NCBI GenBank assembly: GCA_964444425.1
Contig: CAYUHK010000004.1
Span: 12,837-76,836, forward strand
Direction of reading: 5' to 3'
DNA: 64,000 bases
DNA from: an uncultured Verrucomicrobiota bacterium
Lineage (GTDB): Bacteria; Verrucomicrobiota; Kiritimatiellia; JAAZAB01
Translations under genes and position numbers: made by a program
Notes under the pieces: generated by a model
Told to the model about the DNA's origin: nothing
The model's database searches: none
What the model saw: the letters and a program-made list of their open reading frames with translations, nothing else
Shown: piece after piece, positions 56,599 to 64,000 of the stretch
Numbering within the stretch: position 1 is the first letter of the stretch
How the letters are laid out: each line of letters begins with the position of its first letter

Positions 56599-58437
56599 AT
56601 GAATCAGCCTGTTATCCTTGCCAACATGGTTTGTCTTAGGCCTAAGACTTATTGCCGGCTATCCAGTGGGGCTCTCTTGTTGTTAGTGCTTCTCGCCTTG
56701 ACAGCTGGCTGTGCGCGGGAGACAACTGATTTATCGGCCGATGTTTTATTTGGTGAAACCACTCGTATCCGTGGGTTCGATCCAGTAAAAGCTGGCGATT
56801 TTGCCAGCGCTCTAGCAGTCAGTCGCATTTATGAGGGTTTATTGCAGTATGCTTATCTTGAAAGGCCATATCGTTTAGAGCCGCTCTTGGCCGAGTCCAT
56901 GCCGGCGGTGTCGCCGGATGGATTGACTTATGTTTTCGCTCTACGCCGCGGTATATATTTCCAAGATGATCCCTGTTTCGTGGCTACTGGCGGTAAGGGC
57001 CGTGAATTGACCGCGGCTGATTTCGTTTACTCCATTTTGCGTGTCGCCGACCAAAAAAACGCTTCCACAGGCTATTGGGCTTTCCAGGATCGTATCGTTG
57101 GTTTGGATGCCTTTCGTGCTGCTTCCGGCACTGCCGGGCCAACTGATTATGGACTGCCAGTGGCCGGATTATGTGCCATTGATCGTTATACATTGAAGAT
57201 CACTCTAACGCAGCCTTATCCACAAATTCTTTGGGTGTTAACCATGCCATATGCCGTGGCTCTGCCATGCGAGGCTGTAGAATTTTATGGCAATGAGTTG
57301 GTTAATCACCCAGTGGGGACGGGGCCTTTTATGCTTAAATCTTGGTGGCGCAATTATCGTTTGGAATATGTGCGTAATCTCAAGTGGGCGGAATCTGGCC
57401 GCCAGGATTGTTATCCTTTGAGCGGCTCAAAGGAAGATCATGCTCAAGGATTGTTGGCGGATGCTGGTCGGTCGCTGCCATTTCTAAAAAGCATTGTCGA
57501 ATATGTCGTTGCCGATGATAGTACTAAATGGATGATGTTTGTCACCGGTCGCTTGGATCGTTTCCGTTCGATTTCACGGGATAACTGGAGCATGGTGGCG
57601 ACGGCTGATCGGCAATTGCATAACGATTTAGCGGCGCGCGGGGTCCGGCTCATTTCTCAGCCCACGCTGGAGATTTATTATGTAGGATTTAATATGGATG
57701 ACCCAGTGCTTGGGAGCAATCGCGCTTTGCGCCAAGCCCTAACCTGTGCGTTTAACACAGCAAGCTGGCTGCATTTCTATGATCAACGCGTGATCCGGCC
57801 AACCTGTCCAGTGCCTGCTGAGTTGATCGGCGGGGCCATCCCAGAACGTTTCCCTTTCGATCTAGCCCGCGCCCGGAGCTTGCTGGCGCAAGCTGGTTAC
57901 CCCCAAGGAGTGGATCCAAAAACCGGGCGGCGCCTTCAATTAACCATGGAGCTGGCATCGGCGGATAACGTTGAAATACGCCAATCCAGCGAACTGATCA
58001 TTGACTTTATGAATAAGATTGGAGTGGCTATTCGGCCGATATATAACAACAAGCCAGCGTTTTTTGACAAAATCGAGCGGCGCCAGGCTCAGATGTTTCG
58101 CCTGAGTTGGTCAGCCGATTATCCTGATGCACAGAACTTTCTACAATTATTTTATAGCGCTAACGTGTCGCCTGGACCCAATCGAACTAATTATATCAAT
58201 CCGGCCTTTGATCAGCTATATGAGCAAGCCCGCCTGATGGCGGATTCTCCGCAACGCCTGGCATTGTATCGCCAGCTGGCCGATTTAATAAGCGAAGATT
58301 GCCCATGGATTTTTACACATCAACCCTTAGCCTATGAGCTTCAACAAGCTTGGGTAGCAAATGTTAAACTACACGACTTCCCTTTTGGCATGGCTAAATA
58401 TTACCGGGTTCTAGGCCGGCCCCAAGCTGCTCCATGA
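56599..58437 (+). CDS. ABC transporter substrate-binding protein, family 5 (peptide/nickel/opine type), lipoprotein
   Basis: 612 aa with signal peptide and lipobox LTAGC, SBP_bac_5-like sequence. No cognate permease or ATPase genes are adjacent (orphan). Confidence 0.75.
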   Translation: MNQPVILANMVCLRPKTYCRLSSGALLLLVLLALTAGCARETTDLSADVLFGETTRIRGFDPVKAGDFASALAVSRIYEGLLQYAYLERPYRLEPLLAESMPAVSPDGLTYVFALRRGIYFQDDPCFVATGGKGRELTAADFVYSILRVADQKNASTGYWAFQDRIVGLDAFRAASGTAGPTDYGLPVAGLCAIDRYTLKITLTQPYPQILWVLTMPYAVALPCEAVEFYGNELVNHPVGTGPFMLKSWWRNYRLEYVRNLKWAESGRQDCYPLSGSKEDHAQGLLADAGRSLPFLKSIVEYVVADDSTKWMMFVTGRLDRFRSISRDNWSMVATADRQLHNDLAARGVRLISQPTLEIYYVGFNMDDPVLGSNRALRQALTCAFNTASWLHFYDQRVIRPTCPVPAELIGGAIPERFPFDLARARSLLAQAGYPQGVDPKTGRRLQLTMELASADNVEIRQSSELIIDFMNKIGVAIRPIYNNKPAFFDKIERRQAQMFRLSWSADYPDAQNFLQLFYSANVSPGPNRTNYINPAFDQLYEQARLMADSPQRLALYRQLADLISEDCPWIFTHQPLAYELQQAWVANVKLHDFPFGMAKYYRVLGRPQAAP

Positions 58438-58477
58438 CCGATAGGCTAGGGCGATTGCCCGCTTAAATAGGCATTCC

Positions 58478-58506
58478 TTGACACTGTGGTAGGGCTGGTG
58501 TAATCT
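58478..58506 (+). promoter_or_regulatory. putative sigma-70-type promoter for the TPR gene
   Basis: TTGACA (58478-58483), 17-nt spacer, TAATCT (58501-58506). GAGGAG RBS lies 9 nt upstream of ATG 58537. Confidence 0.3.
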
Positions 58507-58536
58507 GTCAAAAAAATTAATGAGGAGCCTAGCGCA

Positions 58537-59934
58537 ATGGCTGAATTAATAGAGGCAGATGTTCCTAAGCGCGCGCGGGAATTGTTTGAAAAGGGCATGA
58601 TAGCCATGGAGCGAAATAATTTGCCCTACGCCATGGATATGTTCATCGCGACTTTGGATATCGAGCCCCGCTATCTAAAGGCTCGTAAATTTCTCCGCGC
58701 GGCCGGCCTCAAACATTTCAGCGCAGCGCGCAACGATGTTATCTCTCATTTGCTGGCGACCCTGGCCGGCGGCGTAAGTCTGCTTAAAGGTTTATGGGCC
58801 TTAAAAAGCGGCAAGCCTTTGGTGGCCCTACGGATCGCCGAGCAACTCTTGCGGACCGACGCATTAAACCTGGTTTTTATTAAATTTCTATGTCAGGCGG
58901 CGGTGGCTGCGGATATGCAAGAGGTTGCCATTCAGATGCTGTCGGTAGCTCGCGAATACTATCCTACTCGGCCCGACCTGCTCTTGAAACTGGGCAATCT
59001 ATATACAGCTACCAATCAGATGGCTGCCGCCCAAGAGTGCTTTGAGGCTTTGGTAGACTTACGGCCTCACGATGCCCAGGCCATGAAAGCATATAAGGAT
59101 GCCATGGCGCGCGACAGCATGGTAAAGGGCGGTTGGATAGATGCTGCTAAAGAAGGCGGCTCCTATCGCAGCGTTATTAAAGACGTGCAGGCAGCGGTTG
59201 CCTTGGAACAGGAAGCCAAATCCGTGCGCAGCCAACAACATCTGGAACTGTTGATCCAGGACGCTATCGCCAATGTCAAGCGCCAGCCTGATAACCTGCA
59301 ATTGCGCCGGTCATTGGCCAACTTATATGTCGAAGCCAAGCGGTTCGATTCCGCAATCCGGGCGCTTGAGGAAGCGCGCCGCTTGCCGGGGATTGATGAT
59401 TCTCAGCTTGACGAACTGCTATCCACTGTCCGGCTCCAACAGTTAGATAGCGAAATCGCCTTGCTTAGGGAAAACGGCGACGCTGCCGGCGCGGCTGCCA
59501 AGCAGACCGAAAAAGATGAGTTTTTGTTTCAAAATATCCAAATGCGCGTAGAGCGCTATCCCAATGATCTACCTCTGCGCTTTGAATATGGCGTGTTGTT
59601 GTATGCACGCGAACAATTGAACGAAGCGATTCAACAATTTCAAACAGCTCAACGTTATCCGCGCAATCGTATCCGCTCTCTGTACTATCTGGGGCTCTGT
59701 TTTCGGAAAAAACATCAGCTAGATATGGCGCGTGAACAGTTGGAAAAAGCTACAGTTGATCTTGCTGAAATGAATGATCTAAAAAAAGAAATCTTCTACG
59801 AACTGGGTAGTATCTTGGAAAGTTTGGGCAAGCCTGCCGAAGCGGTGGAGCGCTATTATAAAGAAATCTATCAGGTGGATATCGGCTATAAGGATGTCGC
59901 CGCTAAGATCGAGGCCGCCTATAAATCGCCTTAG
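58537..59934 (+). CDS. TPR-repeat protein
   Basis: 465-aa all-helical protein with multiple TPR-like repeats (e.g. LGNLYTATNQMAAAQECFEALVDLRPHDAQA). No signal peptide. Confidence 0.6.
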   Translation: MAELIEADVPKRARELFEKGMIAMERNNLPYAMDMFIATLDIEPRYLKARKFLRAAGLKHFSAARNDVISHLLATLAGGVSLLKGLWALKSGKPLVALRIAEQLLRTDALNLVFIKFLCQAAVAADMQEVAIQMLSVAREYYPTRPDLLLKLGNLYTATNQMAAAQECFEALVDLRPHDAQAMKAYKDAMARDSMVKGGWIDAAKEGGSYRSVIKDVQAAVALEQEAKSVRSQQHLELLIQDAIANVKRQPDNLQLRRSLANLYVEAKRFDSAIRALEEARRLPGIDDSQLDELLSTVRLQQLDSEIALLRENGDAAGAAAKQTEKDEFLFQNIQMRVERYPNDLPLRFEYGVLLYAREQLNEAIQQFQTAQRYPRNRIRSLYYLGLCFRKKHQLDMAREQLEKATVDLAEMNDLKKEIFYELGSILESLGKPAEAVERYYKEIYQVDIGYKDVAAKIEAAYKSP

Positions 59935-60295
59935 ACTTCCGCATAACCCGCCTGTATTCTCTGGCTAGTTTTCTCAGTTCTTATTGAGTGAGCTAGTATT
60001 ATTTAGTCTGAGCCGCTCGGGCCGCATCCTATTTCAGCGGCTGCAGCGTCAACGCTGTTGATAGCCTTTGGCGCCTGAATTATTAGCCGATAGGTTTCCC
60101 TCGATAACTTAAGCTAATCATCTAAGCTTGGTATACAAGAGAGTCCTTGAATCATCAATGCGGCTTGGATGAGGCCTAATGCGGCGCGCTTGCTTGGAAC
60201 CAGCACCTAATCCGATTGGCAAGCTTGCTAACGCAGCCTTGCCGACGCCTTGCAATGTTATCGAACCAGGATCTAAGATCCGCTTATTTCAAGCT

Positions 60296-61471
60296 TTAAT
60301 TTTCCAGATAGAGCAGGGCGCAGCGGGCCATCAAGGCGGCGCCACGAGCTAGAATACGGTCGTCAAAATTAAACCGATTGCTATGCAGGGGGGGCTGATC
60401 AGCATTTTTGCGGATGCCCAGATCGATATAGACGCCAGGAGCGAATTTCTGATAGGTGGAAAAGTCTTCCGCGCCCATGGTGAGCTCGAATTTTTTTACG
60501 GGAATACGCAATTCGGCCGCGGCGCGGCTGGATAGTTTTGTCAGGGCGGCGTTATTGGAAACCACCGGGTAACCCCGCATGAGATGGAATTCACAACGCA
60601 CCCCGAAGCCTGTTTCAACGCCTAAAATAATCTGGCGCATACGGCGGATGATCGTGTTGCGCACTTTTTGGTCGAAGGTGCGAATCGTTCCTAACATTTC
60701 AGCTGTTGTGGGAATTACGTTGAAAGTGGTGCCGCCAGACAAGGTGCAGACGGATAAGACATGCGGATCATAGCCTTTAAGATTGCGTCCAATCGATTGC
60801 AAGCCCTGATAAATTTGTTGAGCTGCTAAAAGGGGATCCACGCAGAGCTCGGGATGAGCGGCATGTCCACCGCGCCCGATGATGTGCAACTGGAAACGAT
60901 CCGCCGCCGCCATGATGGGACCGGGACTGATGCCTAAAACGCCATAATCTTGGCGGACGCTTATATGCATACCAAAAATAGCGTCTACTTTAGGATCTCG
61001 CATAGCGCCTGCTTGGATCATGGCTTCGGCGCCACCAAGACCTTCTTCGGCGGGTTGAAATAAAAATTTAACGTTTCCGGGTATATGGGACTGTAGACGC
61101 TTAAGGATCATGGCCGCACCTATGACCATGGCAACATGGCCATCATGGCCGCAGGCATGCATCACACCGCGAACCCGTGATCGATAGGAAACAGAGTTGG
61201 TTTCTTCAACCGGCAGGGCGTCGATATCCGCTCGCAGGGCCACAGTTTTAGTGCCTTGGCGGCCACCTTGTAGAATTCCTATTACGCCAGTTTTAGCCAC
61301 GGGCGCCAGCAGCTGATCCAGCCCGATCTGGCGCAATTGCTGCGTAATTTTTCGGCAAGTGCGCTGCTCCTGGAAGCCGAGTTCCGGATATTGGTGTAAG
61401 TCCCGCCGAATCGCAATCAAGCGTTTACTGAAAGCGGCGGCGCTGGTTAGAATTTCCTTATTGATGTTCAT
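60296..61471 (-). CDS. M20D-family amidohydrolase (N-acyl-L-amino acid amidohydrolase / hippuricase-like)
   Basis: 391 aa with MHACGHDGH metal-binding motif and M20 dimerisation domain. Confidence 0.8.
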   Translation of the reverse strand: MNINKEILTSAAAFSKRLIAIRRDLHQYPELGFQEQRTCRKITQQLRQIGLDQLLAPVAKTGVIGILQGGRQGTKTVALRADIDALPVEETNSVSYRSRVRGVMHACGHDGHVAMVIGAAMILKRLQSHIPGNVKFLFQPAEEGLGGAEAMIQAGAMRDPKVDAIFGMHISVRQDYGVLGISPGPIMAAADRFQLHIIGRGGHAAHPELCVDPLLAAQQIYQGLQSIGRNLKGYDPHVLSVCTLSGGTTFNVIPTTAEMLGTIRTFDQKVRNTIIRRMRQIILGVETGFGVRCEFHLMRGYPVVSNNAALTKLSSRAAAELRIPVKKFELTMGAEDFSTYQKFAPGVYIDLGIRKNADQPPLHSNRFNFDDRILARGAALMARCALLYLEN

Positions 61472-62126
61472 CGTCTGGTTTTCTTAGAGATCTTAATAGT
61501 TAAGGCTTCATATTAAAAGATAAATTAAAGCCTTTACACATGTTAAATGGTCAGGCAAAACATTTCAGCCAGCCGTCTTCGCCACAAGATAATATGTCTG
61601 GCCAAGCCGATGGGCGGGCTCACACGGCCGAGATGCCTTGGCGCCGAATTCGTTTGGCTCCAAGTATATTTTTAGGGCTGCGCTAAGCCCGTCAGCACAA
61701 CTATTTTCTTTATGAGCATTGCCCGGCCAGAGGTCATCTTCAAATTCTGGTTAGCGGCAGTGCGTGCTTGAATCACGCTGGCATTGATTATTGGCACTGT
61801 ATGCCGAATGAGTCAATTAGTCTTTTTGGTGTTTCAATGAATAAAATCAAACGGCCGATAGGTTAGCCGCTTATGGCTTAGCATTTGCGCCTGAGTGGCA
61901 CTATTTAATTGCTTTCCATGCTCTAGCATGGCATTTTATCGCCCTTATAAGCCCAAGCGGACTGAGCCGTATCCAATCGGGCATTAGCCTTGTTTTGGCA
62001 GCTGTTTATTGCGAATAATATCGCTAAAACACCCAGCGGCAGCTTTAGCATGATCTTGGCCGGTTCTGTTTCGGGTGCTGTCGGCCAGCTGGAAGTGCAT
62101 AGAACCATAGGAATACATAACCAGGT

Positions 62127-63017
62127 TTGAATCCTATTACGATCAGAGCCATAAACAATATGAATAAAATTATTGAAAAACGCCAATTGTCTTCAGATGT
62201 GTATTGGATGAGGATTGAGGCTCCCTTGATAGCACGGGAACACAAGGCTGGCCAGTTTATTATACTGCAATTAGATAATGATTTGGGCGAGCGGATTCCT
62301 TTAACCATAGTTGATGCTGACGCAGCTTCTGGATCCATAGTGATAGTTTTTCAGATAGTCGGGAAAACCACCGCCCTGTTGGCGGCTTTGGATTCCGGCG
62401 ATTCAATCGCCCATCTGGTGGGCCCACTTGGCCGCCCTATGGATGTCGAGAAAGCGGGCCGGGTTGTTGGCGTTGGCGGAGGGGTTGGCATTGCCGCGCT
62501 TTACCCCATCGCTCGTAGCTTGCGCCAGGCTGGCAATCAGATGATTATTATTTTGGGGGCGCGCACTCAGGCATTACTTATGCTGGAAAAAGAAATGGCT
62601 AGCCTAGCTGATGAATTAATCGTTTGCACCGATGATGGTTCTTACGGCCGTCACGAGCTGGTGTCGACGCCTCTTAAAGAAGTTTGCGAGCGGAATCCTA
62701 AACCAGATTTGGCTGTTATCATTGGGCCGCCGATCATGATGAAAGTTTGTGCCGCTATAACTCGGCCGTATAATGTGCCTACCCGCGTCTCTTTGAATAC
62801 CATCATGGTGGATGGCACCGGCATGTGCGGCAGCTGCCGGGCCACGGTCGGCGGGCAAACCAAATTCGCCTGTGTCGACGGGCCTGATTTCGACGGCCAT
62901 CAAGTAGATTTCGATAATATGCTGGCGCGCCTAAACGCTTACCGAGAGCAGGAACGCGCTGCCTATGAACGTTGGCGGCAAGCCAAGGCCAGGCCGGCCG
63001 GAGGATCCAATCAATGA
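62127..63017 (+). CDS. NfnA/SudB-like FAD + [2Fe-2S] electron-transfer subunit (PyrK family)
   Basis: FAD-binding RIPLT-like motif region and C-terminal 2Fe-2S cysteine cluster (GTGMCGSCRATV...FACVDGP). The real start may be the internal Met at 62160 (MNKIIEKRQL). Confidence 0.75.
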   Translation: MNPITIRAINNMNKIIEKRQLSSDVYWMRIEAPLIAREHKAGQFIILQLDNDLGERIPLTIVDADAASGSIVIVFQIVGKTTALLAALDSGDSIAHLVGPLGRPMDVEKAGRVVGVGGGVGIAALYPIARSLRQAGNQMIIILGARTQALLMLEKEMASLADELIVCTDDGSYGRHELVSTPLKEVCERNPKPDLAVIIGPPIMMKVCAAITRPYNVPTRVSLNTIMVDGTGMCGSCRATVGGQTKFACVDGPDFDGHQVDFDNMLARLNAYREQERAAYERWRQAKARPAGGSNQ

Positions 63018-64000
63018 GTGATCATCCAACACCAGCAGCTTTAGAGGAACAAGCAGGTTGGGAGCTGACGCAAATTCTTGCGCGTCAAGAACCTTTAACC
63101 CCGCAACTCCGTTTACGTATTCCAGTTCAAGCCATGCCTTCTCAGGATCCCCAAACTCGGCGGGGCAATATCCAAGAAGTAGCTTTGGGCTATGGACCTC
63201 ATCAGGCTCGACTGGAAGCATTGCGTTGTCTGCAATGTAAAAATGCTCCCTGTGTGCGCGGTTGTCCTGTGCGCATTGACATTCCAGGGTTCATCAAGGC
63301 GTTGGCCGATGGCCAATTCCAAAATGCCATTAAAGTTATTAGGCGCAATAGCTTATTGCCCGCAGTTTGCGGCCGGGTCTGTCCACAAGAAAGCCAGTGT
63401 CAAGCTGTCTGCACGGTTGGCCGGGCCTTGAAAGACGTTGCTCAAGCCGTATCTATTGGTAGACTCGAACGCTTTGCAGCCGATTGGGAGCGCGACCACG
63501 GAGAAACACCAAGCCTCACCGTAAAACCGGAAACCGGCCGGCGGGTCGGGGTTATCGGTAGCGGCCCAGCCGGCATCACCGTGGCCGCGGATGTACGCCG
63601 CAAAGGGCATGCGGTCACTTTGTTTGAGGCGTTCCATAAGCCAGGCGGGGTGTTGCAATATGGCATTCCCGAGTTTCGGCTACCCAAAAAGGTAGTGCGC
63701 CAGGAAACCGAGATGTTGCGGGCCATGGGCGTTGAGTTGCGGACCGATGTTTTTATCGGACGGACTCGCGCCCTACAGGATCTGCTGAACCGGGATGGCT
63801 ATGAGGCATTGTTTATAGGGACCGGCGCCGGCCTGCCAAAATTCATGAACATCCCAGGCGAAAATTTGGTGGGCGTGTTTTCCGCCAATGAATATTTAAC
63901 CCGGGCCAATTTAATGCGTGGCTACGATATTGGCCGCGCCGACACACCGCTCGTTCATGCCCGCCGGGTGGCCGTGCTGGGCGGCGGTAATGTAGCCATG
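63014..64000 (+). CDS. NfnB / GltD-like NADPH-dependent oxidoreductase large subunit (glutamate-synthase small-chain family), 3'-truncated by window end
   Basis: Open frame from ATG 63014 (ATGA overlap with the upstream stop) to the window edge. Two [4Fe-4S] cysteine clusters (CLQCKNAPCVRGCP, CGRVCPQESQC) then FAD/NADPH GxGxxG motifs (GVIGSGPAG, VAVLGGGNVA). It is absent from the ORF track because it has no stop codon. Confidence 0.75.
   Translation, partial: MSDHPTPAALEEQAGWELTQILARQEPLTPQLRLRIPVQAMPSQDPQTRRGNIQEVALGYGPHQARLEALRCLQCKNAPCVRGCPVRIDIPGFIKALADGQFQNAIKVIRRNSLLPAVCGRVCPQESQCQAVCTVGRALKDVAQAVSIGRLERFAADWERDHGETPSLTVKPETGRRVGVIGSGPAGITVAADVRRKGHAVTLFEAFHKPGGVLQYGIPEFRLPKKVVRQETEMLRAMGVELRTDVFIGRTRALQDLLNRDGYEALFIGTGAGLPKFMNIPGENLVGVFSANEYLTRANLMRGYDIGRADTPLVHARRVAVLGGGNVAM

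Overview
64 kb of densely coded bacterial chromosome (roughly 55-58% GC by eye), consisting of largely conserved housekeeping and metabolic operons plus a few unusual loci. Gene content (GldG-like ABC module, Bat aerotolerance operon, NfnAB, CbiR-like cobamide gene) suggests a PVC-type anaerobe such as Verrucomicrobia or Lentisphaerae, but this is only an inference. Layout: polysaccharide deacetylase / Sel1 / sugar-phosphate isomerase; efp-epmA; ZIP transporter; a long minus-strand cobamide salvage/remodelling operon (cbiR-like, cobU, cobT, cobS, btuF/C/D-like with a fused ATPase, plus an FAD oxidoreductase) behind a ~310-nt leader that may be a cobalamin riboswitch; tatD; two-subunit class I fumarate hydratase; fmt; a cobalamin-binding-domain protein translationally coupled to an opine-dehydrogenase-family gene; rpmE-prfA-prmC; CDF exporter; a second PBP/FecCD/ATPase importer; aroE-leuA-ilvN-ilvB preceded by a Val/Leu-rich leader peptide and terminator (attenuator); a truncated GH2 beta-galactosidase remnant; sorbitol-DH-like/SDR/FGGY sugar genes; xth; tRNA-Ala(CGC) in a low-GC noncoding stretch; gldA/F/G-like ABC module; a complete moxR-DUF58-batA-batB-batD-TPR (Bat) operon with an unusually long BatB carrying 27-bp tandem repeats; a secreted C39-like cysteine peptidase with an extraordinarily tyrosine-rich C-terminal tail and a secreted partner; orphan family-5 SBP; TPR protein; M20 amidohydrolase; nfnA/nfnB-like genes at the window edge. 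No CRISPR array, integrase or transposase was seen.
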